DNA from: Atractiella rhizophila | Lineage: Eukaryota | Direction: 5' to 3' | DNA length: 64,000 nt | Assembly: GCA_021432655.1 (NCBI GenBank) | Contig: MU271357.1 | Location: forward strand, 1-64,000 | Part shown: in pieces, positions 25,022-36,830 of the stretch | Layout: every line of letters begins with the position of its first letter | How positions within the stretch are numbered: position 1 is the stretch's first letter | Notes under the pieces: model-generated | The model's input: the letters and a program-made list of their open reading frames with translations, nothing else | What the model was told of the DNA's origin: nothing | Databases searched by the model: none | Made by a program: the position numbers and the translations under genes

Positions 25022-26614
25022 CTAGGTGATGGGGGCATTGCGCCTTCGCTTCTTCTGACGCTGATTCTGTTTTGTTTTACGGCAGTTGGAGATACTGCTG
25101 TTAGTTTGCATTACCAGCATGCACATTTCCTTGCTCTCTTCACACGCAATATCCTCGACCGAAGGGAGTTGATCGATGTGTTCTAAGGTCGTTTCATCTT
25201 CATCATTTCCATACCTCTCAAGGTCTTCGCAAATAGTTTCTTCGTAAAACCTTGCAAGCAATCAATCTATGTTTGAACAGGTAACTGAGTACTTACTCTC
25301 GTACCTTATCCGGTTTGGTCTTCTTCAGTTCCATCAGATTGCGCACATTCTTGTCGACCTCAGCAAACCAGTCGTCTGTCCAATCTCCTTTTCCACCGAT
25401 TGGGAGTTCCTCAGATCCCGCGGCACGACGCTGAGATTACTATCAGTAAGGAATTGGCATAGCTATATCATCAATGGCTTACCCAGTGGGCAAAATGTGC
25501 GTACAACTGATAAGTCGGGGTTACAGCGAAAGCGTTGCTGCGCCGTGTTGTAAGGGTGTCCACTAGTTTTGCAAGGGACCATAACTGTTTGACTGAATTG
25601 GCAAGCTAAATATGTGATCGTTATTTTATTTCGTGAGGACATCGAAGCAGGAAGACGGCTTACTATGACTTTAGTTTGACTGCGAAGGTCGTCGAAAGCG
25701 GAATGGGCTACTTTCCTGAACTCTTCGAACGTTGTGGAGCCTACTTCTTGAAGGCACTTTTTGGCCGGTCCCAGTAAATGAGGATGCTTATTGAAGAATG
25801 CCTGGCACACGAAGATATCAGTAGGTTAAGAGTTATAGTGAGGTGGACTTACTTGAAGAGTCCTGAATAGATATGTGTTGTTGGCTGCGAAAGGGAGACC
25901 AGGGGTCCAGAAGACTAAGCAGCACATCTTCCTAATAGTATCCTACTCAGATGTCAGTAATCTGTTCCTTCTTTAGCAGCGAATGATATAACATACAATC
26001 ATGGTTTGGTCGATGTGGACCGCCTGCTGCATGATGCCTTCCATTCTGTCGAATAGCAACTCCGATCGCTCATGTCGATGCAAATTGAGTGCTAAGTCCA
26101 TGACCTCGTGGCGGCGTCGAATGAGGGGTTTAGGCTTCTTTTGAGGTCTCCCATCATCGTCGTATTCGACATATTCTGGATTCACGACCAGCTCGCTCTG
26201 GTATTCTGCATATGATACCTGTATCCTCACATTAGACTTGATGAAAGGATGGTCGAATGAAAGATATATACGTAACGTTTCTTCGAAAGCTTGGAGAAGG
26301 AACCTGCGACTAGGGATTGATAGCTTTTGTCCGCGAGCTATCTCTTCAAGATCGTAAGGAAGCTCCACATCTTGTTCCACAGATAAATCTGAAGAGTTTG
26401 TTTCATTGCGCCCCCGACGAATTCGAGAGGATGTAGCTATGGAGGAGAACGATCCAAAACGAGTTAACGGGTTCGGACCTTCATCGTCTTCATTTTCCTC
26501 CTCCTCCTCATCTTCTCTTCCATCCTCCTCTCCTCCTCCTCGTTCTTCTTCTCCTTCCTGTTCTCCTTCCGTCTGTTTCTCATGTGTCCTAGAGAGGACT
26601 GGTCGAGGAGCCAT
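25022..26614 (-). CDS. Transposon accessory protein (ORF2, possibly TnpA-like); about 6 exons
   Basis: Spliced path MAPRPVLS...HIDQTMI-DTIRKMCCLVFW...-AFFNKHPH...-LANSVKQLW...AHFAHW-...DWFAEVDKN...-LARFYEETICEDLERYG...QKKRRRNAPIT*. Acidic N-terminus and basic NLS-like tail; inside the TIRs. Confidence 0.7.
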
Positions 26615-26786
26615 TGTGATTGAATTGTAAGACGTTGCTTTTGTAAGATGTATTGTTAGAATGAAAGGGGATGTTGATGTTGGACGTTTTTTGGGGGCTA
26701 AAATTCTAGAGACAACTTGAGATGATTTATCAACGTTTAAGCTGTGTCGATATCTTACTCCTCAGACTTCATAATACTAGTCCGAA

Positions 26787-29700
26787 ATGGTTAAGAAACG
26801 TTCAGACATTGTTGTTCCTGAAGATGAGCCTTTCTGTTCATGTCTGCGCTGTTGTTCATACTTTATTGGCACTAGATCTGCAGGCTTTATCCAAGAATTC
26901 ATTCATCTGTAATATCTGCCCTCGTCCAAATGGAGTACGAAAGCATCAGGCATTCCCACGGCATAAAATCAACACTCATCTCAAATCTCCAGCACATCAA
27001 GAAGCTCTACAATCCAAGGCAATCGCTCGATCATTCAATCCTGCAGCAAAATCCGTCTCTGCACCTCAGGGGTCCTCCTGTGTTCCTAAGTCAAAGTCCC
27101 TGAAGAAAGCTGCACCAGCACTGTTCAACGATCCGGGAAATTCTAGCATGATGGGACGACAGGAGCATGAGACAGTGGAGTCTTCAAGTGAACTTAAAGG
27201 AGTCTGTGTTTCCTTCATCCATATGTATCGTTCTCTAAATCTTGCTTCTATAGCCTCTGTTACGAGGTAGAGGGGACCCATTCCTTCCCGATTTATTCGG
27301 GGCGGAACAGGTGTTGTTACCTAACACGGAAGTCAACTCAAACATGTTGAGATGTTTCGATCCTTTTCCTCGTACAGACGACGTAAATGCGAGCGAAGAG
27401 TTGGATGAAGAGAAGGAAGGACTTTCCCTCAGTGATCTCGAGGAAGCAATGGAGCTTTTGGGATATGCGATGAAGACCGCAGAGGGTGTGGATTGGGCAC
27501 CATATAAGGACAAGAATGTAAGCTTTTCTAGCTATGTGAAAGGGTCTTACAACTTGTTATCCGATAGCTATTCCTTGCACATCTTATCAGCGCTATTCCC
27601 CGGCATCCAATGAGTGTCGCAATGTTCAAGCTGGTCTTGAAGTTTGCAGAAGCCATGGGAGCTCCGAATGTCCCAAGTTATTATGCCGTGGAAAACGAGG
27701 TCAGACGGATCAGCGAGTTGGTTGGCCTGCAGGAGCCTCTGCGTCATCTCGGTTTAAATGGGAACATTTTTTATACGGCTAGTTTAGCCAATGTCCTCAA
27801 GAGGGTTTGCAATTTCTTACTGTCTGTATGGCCCTAAAAGAAGGTGGTTAGGAATTTGCGAATCCTCTATGTCGAGAGCACATGTTCCTATATCCACGAC
27901 GCAACAGTGGTCTCTACGAAATCTTTGATGGCGAGTTTGTGAACAAGATCAATCCTGAATCAGTAGCTCCTCCTATGGTCATCCTTCCGAAATCAACGAC
28001 GGACATTCCTTATCACGCCTATGTTCACGAGCCCGTCCTCTTAAGGAATCACTCTCTTGTTTGGACACGTCGTTGGTTCGCTGAGGGAAAAGTACTTTAT
28101 GGAGAAGGCTCCCCCTTTGAAAAGAAGGCAAATGGAGTTTGGCATGTCGATATGTCCAAGCTAGTACGTTTTGACTTGACAGATATTTGCCGAATTGCAT
28201 CAGAGTTCAGTCCACAACTACAACGATCAATTTCTACTCCAAGTTGCGGTTTCTTCTATACTTCACATTGCCATCCCACTGATGTCTATGTTCAGCAGCC
28301 AGGGCCTTCATCAATCCGCTTCGTACAAAGGCCAGCGGTCGTCCTGTCTGGAGCGTGCCTTGGAAGATATTCTGCGACGACTTGTCGGGTAATCGAAGCA
28401 AGAAGTGGAATAAGTTATTCAATATCTATGCCCACAATGCGACCCTCGAATCTAAAGTGCAAGAGCTGGAAGGATTTATTAGGTTTTTGGCCACGTCTGG
28501 AAAAGCATCGCCGCTAGAGATGGCATCTGCTGTCGTCGACGAATTCAAGTAGGTTTATCTAATTCATAGGCATTACTCACATGTCTCCTAGTCACAGTTT
28601 TGCCGAGCCAGTCGAAGTCTACGACGTAAAGCTCAAACAAGTTGTACTCGTCATTCCCTGGATCATCCTCGTCGTTGGCGACAATCCAATGCTAGCTGAA
28701 TTGGCTAGTCACATTGGTTGTATTGCTAACTTCCCCTGCCGTATATGCACTGTTGGAGGACCAAAGAAACACAAGAAGTCAGAGGAAGGATTTGCAGAGC
28801 TGTTGCAAGTTAGTCACTTCTTTTTGTGTACCTACTTTTTCTTATAATTTCTAATCCAGTCAGGTCCTAAACGTTCAAACAAGTACATAATATCCACTAA
28901 CAATCAGTACTTCGAGGCTGCACGATCAGGTATCAAAACGAACGTCAAACGAGTTCAGGAGGAGACGGGTGTTCGAGACGGCATTGCCCACCCATTGGTG
29001 GAAGGACTATTGAAGAAAAGTGTTGGAATGAAGCAGTCAACTGCGAAGGAAAGAGATCAAGAACTTGACAAATGTCTCGACAGTATCTTGGATCAAGCAC
29101 ATCAGAATCCATTCTTAACGCACGTTGAAGGTAAGTATTACAATCTCAATCGCATGATCATTGACTTGTACGAACTGCAGGGTTTGATATAACTCAACAA
29201 ACTCCTGTCGAAATATTACACACCATTCTGCTTGGCATCGTCAAGTATCTATGGGGTCGAACAGTTTATCGGATCCACGACGACTTCAAGAAACGTCTAC
29301 AAATTCAACTTGAAGCTGCCTCCACCGCTGGTCTCGACGCTGGACAAACGATCAACGCGGCATACTACATCCAATACGCTGGTTCTCTGATTGGGAAGGA
29401 GCTCAAGATTCTCATGCAAGTCATGCCTTGGGCATGTCGCCCCCTCGTTGATGATGGTTTGATGAAGGAGGAGATTTGGGAGCTATGGAGGGTGTTGGGC
29501 TCGTTTACATCTCGTCTATTGGTTCCCGGGATTCCCCAAGACGAGATCGAGAGCTATATGGTGTGTATTTAATCCAAAGAATGCATAACACTGATGTTGG
29601 GAGCAGAGGGATCTGGACAACGCTTTGGGGAACCTGTTTTACTCTGCCGCTAGAGTGATTCCAGGAAGTATAACGAGCAAACTGAAATGGCATCTTTGCG

Positions 29701-31530
29701 TCCACATTCGCGACAATATTCAGCACTTTGGACCTGCGAAGGGGTTCAACACTGAAATGGATGAGAAATTCAATGGAGTTGCTCGAAATGCTTTCGTTTT
29801 TTTCGAACCGAATGGCCTACAGTCGTGACACTGCAAGAACGATGGAGGAGCAGGAGGCGATCAGGCATATTATTTCGAATGGGTTTTATTTTGATCCTGT
29901 CACCAATGGGTATCGTCAGCCAGGAAAGGATCTCATTGCCTTTATAGACGGTAATCCAATATGGATCTCCCTTTATGGGCTTCAGAAAAAGCATACTTTG
30001 GTTCCAGGTATGTACTTTCATGATCTGCACCACAAACTAATCTGAAATAGGCACACTATCTTTCAAAAATAAGGCGGAATCGAAAGAGTTCGACTACGAA
30101 GTATTGCAACCTGTGGGATTGACCCCATCTCAGGAGGATATCACTCATTATGGCTTTCGGGAAGCTGACGCACTCATCACTAGGGAACGCGAAAAGTGTG
30201 TCGTAGGAGACTTCGTACACCTCACGACTTGTAAAGGCAATAACACTGTCAGTCGTTGCACTTATCGAACAATAACTAATCAGCTACCTATATTAAGAGC
30301 CAGGAAAATACTTATAACCCCTGCATTGCTCGGATTCGACGCATAGTCAGTTCCCAGCCTCAACAGCAAACACAACTCTCCTATCCATTTGATCAGAATT
30401 TTGTCGAGCTGGAATGCTATCACCTTGTTACAACGGAAGATGAATATTACAAGGCACCTGTGCTTGAACGGTTATCGCGACGAATGGCAGTACCTGTCTC
30501 TGTAAGCTGCTATCTCTTGGTGCAATCAAACTTACACTCAGGCGATAACAATAGGACATTCAGTGCAGGGTAAATGCCAACCACGATTGTCACTCGGCCA
30601 GTTGCTTGATTCAAGAAGACGGTGCAGCTACTCGACAAGAACGAGAGGAGATTGAGACAAGAAGAAAACCCAAAGTACGACACAATGATGAAGGGGATCG
30701 TATTGTTCTCAATCCTGCCATCACCCGCTCGTTTTTCATTCTCAAGCATCTATATCATCCTGTTCCGCAACCGCCCAGTCGTCAAGATATCGCAAAACGA
30801 GCTGTTAGGACCATGGCAGCAAGAGAAAAGGAGGAAGCTGAGAAGGCGAAACTGGATCGGACAGGAGAAAGAAAACGCAAACAGTCGAATCCAGAAGCGC
30901 TTGCTACAGCTAAGAAGCATAGCAAGAACGCAAAACAAGTATACAAGTTCTTTATTATCTGATTGTACTCGCTGACAATGGATGTACACTGCGAAGTCCA
31001 TTGCAGGACAGGCCGCTCCACAAGAACAACCTCCTCTTCCACAGCCGTCTACCTCCTATCAACCACCTCCCTCGGCATCCATGTTGTATAACCATCGATC
31101 TTCTTCTCTATCGTTCACTTCCTACAACCACGGCCACCGACTCTCTCCTCAGCCTTCCTCCTCTCGTGCTCCTTCCCCTCAGCCTTACCTTTTCTTCCGT
31201 CCTTTCAGTAATCAACTGCCTATTCCACCTCGCCCTCCTTTGCCACAGCCGCACCTTGGATTTCGCCCTCTCTCTCAACAGCAACCATCTTCGCACCACC
31301 ACTCTCATTCCCCAACATCAGATCAGGGCATTTATTCTTATACTTACCAGCAAGAATTGGACTCGGGACAAATAGCGAATGATGAGCCAATGCAGGATAT
31401 GGGACACTCTGACGCTGGATCACAGTGGTTTGAAGGGGCATCTACAGGGGAAAATTATCTTGCATTCCAGAGGAGGGCTATGGATATTGAAAGTGAAGAC
31501 GAAGAATATAACTTTCACGAAGATATGTAA
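26787..31530 (+). CDS. CACTA/EnSpm(CMC)/Plavaka-related DDE transposase; multi-exon, one apparent +1 frameshift at 29797-29803; 3' end approximate
   Basis: N-terminal CNIC...HLKSPAH zinc finger, EFANP, KIFCDDLSGNRSKKWNK, VGDNPMLAEL..ANFPCRIC, TPVEILHTILLGIVKY, KWHLCVHIRDNIQHFGP, TEMDEKFN...SNRMAYSRD, VQCRVNANHDC. Confidence 0.85.
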
Positions 31531-31841
31531 GGTAGTGATTTACATTCAATATCATTTGGGCTATTCTGTACTGAACTGATGTTATATGGCGAAATTTCTT
31601 TGCACATAAATTTTCCATACATGTTTGAATGAAATTGAAACAGTTTACGAACTGGTGTTATAACAATCACTTTCCGAGGGAGTTTGTGTGTTGCCTCTTA
31701 TAAGATCGTATCGGAAGGGCAACAACTCACTAATGTCGCTATCTACACTATCCATATCCTCCTCTTGCTCTTCCGGGGATAGTCTGATTTTTTGGGGAAT
31801 GGGGGCTTGATGCTATTCAAAGCAATGATCAAAAACATGAA

Positions 31842-32626
31842 TCAAGGGAGAAGGACGGCGGACCTCATCCCCTTCATCGGACTCCTCTCGCAATCTTTTT
31901 CTACCGCTGCTCACGACTTTGTCCTTATCCACGGTGGTATCACTGTTCGCTGCTCCAGCAGTCGTAGGGGGAGTGACAGGGTCAGGAGGCTATTTCATCA
32001 AACGTTAATATTCAGAATGAAGTGTAGAGTAAGAGAGAGACTTCGAAAGCGACTTACCATGAATAAAGCAGAGAGAATAGGCTTCTTCTGTCGATATTCT
32101 TCTTTCTTCTCAACAGACCATGTTTCCTGACGAACAAAAGGCAGTAAGGATAGAGTGATAATAATGTAACTAAGGAAGGAGCACATACACAACCAGCAAA
32201 CATCCAGTTTTCATCATCCCAATCCCATTCACTAGCATCCGCCCTCTGCTCACTTCCTCCTGTCTCCATAACTATCGCCGCCATTGGGTCGCGCTGAGTA
32301 TCTTGATAGACGTTATACATAGCCACCTCATACTCAGAATCGGTTTCGATCACCTGTATAGCTTATGAAATATGAAAACGCTGAAGGATGAAATCATGCA
32401 CATTGTTATCACCACATTCACTCGAATCCGCGTCCTGATGTAAATCAACTTGATAACCATCCCCATCTTTCAAAATAGTTGAAGGACTTCTATCACTTTC
32501 AAAACTGGTGAGAGTACGGTTAGTGCTGATAGCGAACGAAGAGTCAGCACGATCCACAGCAACAACAGCATTGTTGTCAATAGAATCAGATTCAAGGTCA
32601 TTCCCCTGTTTATCAAGGATGTCCAT
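31842..32626 (-). CDS. Transposon-borne hypothetical acidic protein (ORF3); about 4 exons
   Basis: MDILDKQGNDLESDS...-VIETDSEYE...EWDWDDENWMFAG-...RQKKPILSALFM-PPDPVTPP...GRKRLREESDEGDEVRRPSP* with plausible GT-AG introns; inside the TIRs. Confidence 0.55.
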
Positions 32627-33482
32627 CTCGTTATTACAACTGATGAAGGAGTCAGAGGATTGAGATGTGAATGAGGAATGCTTATTTAAGCTACGTTGAT
32701 TCTTTTGAGGTCATTTGAACCCTCTGGTACAAAGACGTGGTTGCATCGTGAGAAAACAGGTGAGCACCGTTATCTCAGTTGTCATTCCCTCAAGTTCTTC
32801 TAAACTGGCTCTACAGCTCCTGAGTTCGAGCCTCATCCTCCTCTGATTTCTTTCAAAGCAATAACATTGCAGAAGTGAATAATGACCTGATGAAGACGCC
32901 TTTGAAGGTAGTTCACTGAAAAACAACCCCTCCAGATTCTATATATTTTTATTTCTCCAAGCCATTGAAATACATTCCTTTAAGGAGACGCTAACAGACG
33001 CGAGCAGGGCAGAAAGTATCTGCAGACAGAAGAAGGAGAAGCGAGTACGAACGATGTAAGGCGGCTTGGACAGCAAGCGTCCGCCTAAGCTCCAAACTGG
33101 CACTGCTTACATGCTAAGGGGACTGGGTACAATGGGAGAGCTGAGTGGAAGAGGGCCGCGGCAGACTCAAAAGCCTGACCTAGTTTGTGGGAGGAGCTTT
33201 TCAGACTGTGTTGAACCTCAACGGCCGTGCACAGATCAACTCTCGATCAGTGACAATCTGTGACAACTAGTGTGAAGCTTGAATCAAGCCTCCGACCGGA
33301 TGTACGAGTCTTAATCACGAATCATATTGCAGCTGATGCTTATGGGAAAGTCAGATTGACGCTGACTGTTTCCTTCAATAGGCCGAAATTACGGCTCAGC
33401 GCCTGGACTCAGCCGAAACCCAGTGCAGAGAGGTGCGTCCATCTGCTTACTTTCGTGTGTACAGTGCCCTCACGTCTGAAAC

Positions 33483-33495
33483 TCAGTTGGCAGTG
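33483..33495 (-). repeat. Right terminal inverted repeat (13 bp)
   Basis: TCAGTTGGCAGTG followed by TA; exact reverse complement of 24132-24144. Confidence 0.88.
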
Positions 33496-33694
33496 TATAC
33501 AAGTCTGTATCCCCAATTCCGATGTGCTGCAAAGAAACACTAGAGCTGGATGGTTAAATAGTTCGGAGGTTTTTTGGCATTTGGTTTCGGCATGAAATTG
33601 TGAGGTGCACATTGGTCCAGCTTCGAGACAATTGGCATTTGCGACAGTAGCAGCCACTCCGCGTCATGGTTGAAGTTGCGTACTGAGTAGCAAG

Positions 33695-35010
33695 ATGAGA
33701 AGAGTTTCTCATTTGCCACTCCCATCAATGCTTCCAGCCTTCAGAAGCCCAAGTCCTCAGCTTTCGAAAGCGAAATGTTTCTCTACCTCGCCACGGTGTC
33801 GCGATCCTGTGCCGTGGTTGCTTCTGGGTAAAATTGTTGTTGGTGTTCCGGCAGTAGTATGGGCGTATAAGGTCCGTGCTTGTAGCTAATGGGTTTGACC
33901 GCCACTCTAACGAAAATTACTAGTGTGCCGTACTCGTGCTGTTCCAGCGACATTTAATATATCTTGTAAGCCCTAACCCAGTCGTTTTGTTTGGTCCTCT
34001 TTTAAACATTCCTGACAGTCTTACATACCGTGGGGAGTAAAAAAGCAGACTCTGGAAGAGTACCAACGAGAGAATCCAGCTTCGTTCAGAGGAATTCGGG
34101 TCGAAGAACGACTACTTCTCACGTCTTTGGGACGTGAATTGCGAGGCCTTTCTGTGACAAAAAACTCTCCTCAAAAGCCTCCTGCAGACCTAGAGTCAAA
34201 GTTTACGACCTTGTTATATCTGCAAGGTAAGTCGCTCCTCCTACCCTCCACACAACTGATGCATGATTACAGGGAACGCATCCACGCCTCTGTACCGTAT
34301 CCCTGTGTTCCGCTCTCTCATCCTCAGCTCACCCACACCTCTCAGGATCATATCCTATGCTCCACGCTCATATTGGCTTTCAAACCGCAACGGTGGCCCA
34401 TCACAACGCGGCTTCATATCCGATTACCTGACAGTTTACCGCTCCCTCGCTGCTTCAGAGGAGAAGGAGGATGGCCGTATCGTCATTATGGGACACTCCA
34501 TAGGAGCTGCATCCGCAGTAGGACTGGTCGACAATCTCCTAAGTGAGGGCGAAAGTCTTCCCGACGGGGTGATTCTCGAGAATGCTTTCACGAGCATTCC
34601 TCAACTCGTGAAGGAGATTTATCCTAACAAGTGGCTGCCTTATCGCTATCTGGGCTGGGCTGTCCTAGACAAATGGAACGCGGTAAAGTGGATGGAGAAG
34701 AAGAGATCGGATTGGCAACGGATACCGCTGTTGATGATTAGGAGTGAGAAAGATGAAGTTGTGCCGGGATGGATGGGAGAGAGGTGCGGCCAATTCCTCA
34801 CGTCCTTTCCGTGGCATTTTTGACGAGATGTTACGTAGAATCTTCGAATCTGCTCGTAGAGGGAGTGACGGACGTGTCCAGCAGAGAATGGTTGTGGTGC
34901 CAAACGCGCTGCACGACACCGCATATCTTCACTCATCTTTTACTCAGGAAATCCATCGTTTTATCTCAAAACTCCCGCAAAGATCGCAAGGGCAGAAAGG
35001 GTCTGATTAG
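33695..35010 (+). CDS. Bem46/ABHD13-like alpha/beta hydrolase; multi-exon (start 33695 or 33728)
   Basis: LFQRHLIYL, LYLQGNA, GHSIGA (GxSxG), ILENAFTSI, SEKDEVVP, NALHD. Confidence 0.85.
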
Positions 35011-35421
35011 TTCGTATAGGAAGACTGCGATTTTCAAGTACTGATGCGTCATGAATACAATCAACTGATTTCGAAAAAGCAAAAGATAGGGTAATAAGAG
35101 ACATAGAAAGTAGAATAAATGCGACCGTCTCGATATATATTCCTTATCCAGGATAAAAACGAGACGGAGAAATGTTAAGGATCCACAGATGAGTTTGGTG
35201 GTTGCATGTAAGAGGGAATATAGGCACAGACACGATCGAGATTGAAACCAGAAAGAATCGTTTTAGAGGCTATGTTAAGAAGTCGAGCAGTGCTTTGCGA
35301 TGCGTTGGTCGGAAGTACGCTCCACAAGAGAAGAAGCAGCAGAAACCAAAATATGTCTATACTCAACAACTTGGCATCAGCTTAGCGATCTAACAAAGGT
35401 GAACGAATTAAGAACATACAT

Positions 35422-36830
35422 CTAAGCCCCGTCAGCTGTAACTTCGTTTCCAATCGGTCCATAACCTTCCTGTTGAGGACCTTGAGGACCATCTGTTAAC
35501 GATCCATCCAGAGACTGCGCCATATCCTCAGGGTTAGCATCGGCGATGGGAATATCAGTCCCAGGTTGAGCTCCGTCGCCGCCCACCTGTCCCTCATCAT
35601 ACTCTTCAAACGCCTCCTCTTCCCTCAATGGGCTGCCCTCCATCCCAGTCAACAGGTCATCGTTGATCTCGTTCAATCCCCTCCGTCCCCACTTCTTGTG
35701 CTTGACTCCCAACCTCCTCGTCCCAGCTCCTCCAGGCGAGTTTCGCACCTTGCCAGGGTTCTTCTTATTCGTTGCATGACGACGGACTTTGAATACTTCT
35801 TCGCATGAGGACTCCCGCACGAGGAACTCGTGTTGCCACACTTTGGAACCGGTAGGGAAAGGCTCCTCGATGTCCTTTTGTTGAGCTGGTGCTACGCGCT
35901 TGAAACCGTAGATCTGCACGCGCAAATGGAGGTCAAGGCTATGGCTGAGATGAGGGGATAAGATGGCTTACATTCAGCTGCCGCGCCTGCAGTAAAACTG
36001 TATGTCAGGACAGAGAAAGAAATGATGATGGGGTAACGCACGAAGCTGGAATAGTCCTTCTGCTTCCATAGCACGACGACGACTTCTTCAATAAGAATTT
36101 GCTCGTTAGGGATAACTAAATATTTTCCGCTCGGTGACCAATTAATGATATTATTGTGCGGATTAGATAAGATATAACTATCCACGGCAAATCAACACAC
36201 TCCCAAACCCTGCACATCAATCAGAACGAGAGAAACGTACTTCCAAAGCTTCCACAAGAAATTATCCGTCCGCACTCCATCCTTTGTGTACCTCTCCACG
36301 ATGATCTTGCCATTCGCGTCCACAGCAGCGGGTCCGTTCATTGGGATTCCCAATGGCAAGGCATCCATATCGACGTGGCCATGGCTCTCTCCCATATATT
36401 CGACTTCCTCCTCATTCTCCGGCTCAGGCTCATATCTCAGCCCCGCTGGAAGAGCTGGTGCACGAGGTGCACGTCCGCGCGTCGAGTAGGGCTCGTATCG
36501 TGCGGTGCCGTGGTGATGGTAAACTGGCGGCCCTCCGCGATGGGGGGCATGAGGAGGAGGATGGGGATGGGCATAACCATTGGGTGGAGGAGGGAGGATA
36601 TGTGGATGTGGTTGAGGGGAATGGGAGTGTGAGAGATAACCATTTGAGTGATGGGTAGAGGGTGGCGGTGGGGGATAGTGTGGGTCTTGTGCTGGCCGTT
36701 GTGGAGGATACCTCTGCTCCGCGGGAGGATGGTGATGGTAAGGATTCCTCTGAGGTGGAGCGAGCGACGCTGGCACGCCTGGTGGAGGCGGTTGCTCAAA
36801 GTCCCTTGGTCTCTGCTGAGGTGTGTACAT
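35422..36830 (-). CDS. HSF-type DNA-binding domain protein; start uncertain, may extend upstream
   Basis: NFLWKLW..ILSNPHNNIINWSPSGKYLVI...KQKDYSSF-ARQLN-IYGFKRV, with ARQLN on a 15-nt microexon (35972-35986). His/Pro-rich N-terminus. Confidence 0.82.

Larger units (their letters stand above)
24132..33495. mobile_element. Full-length CACTA/EnSpm (CMC)-like DNA transposon, 9,364 bp
   Basis: CACTGCCAACTGA at 24132-24144 and its exact reverse complement TCAGTTGGCAGTG at 33483-33495, flanked by TA on both sides (24130-31, 33496-97). Encloses a DDE-type transposase gene and two other genes. Confidence 0.88.

Noticed and set aside
25022..32626. KDZ transposon with TET/JBP cargo
   Set aside because: No KDZ or CxC motifs and no 2OG-Fe dioxygenase motif recognised; CACTG ends and a 2-bp TSD fit CMC/EnSpm-like elements better.
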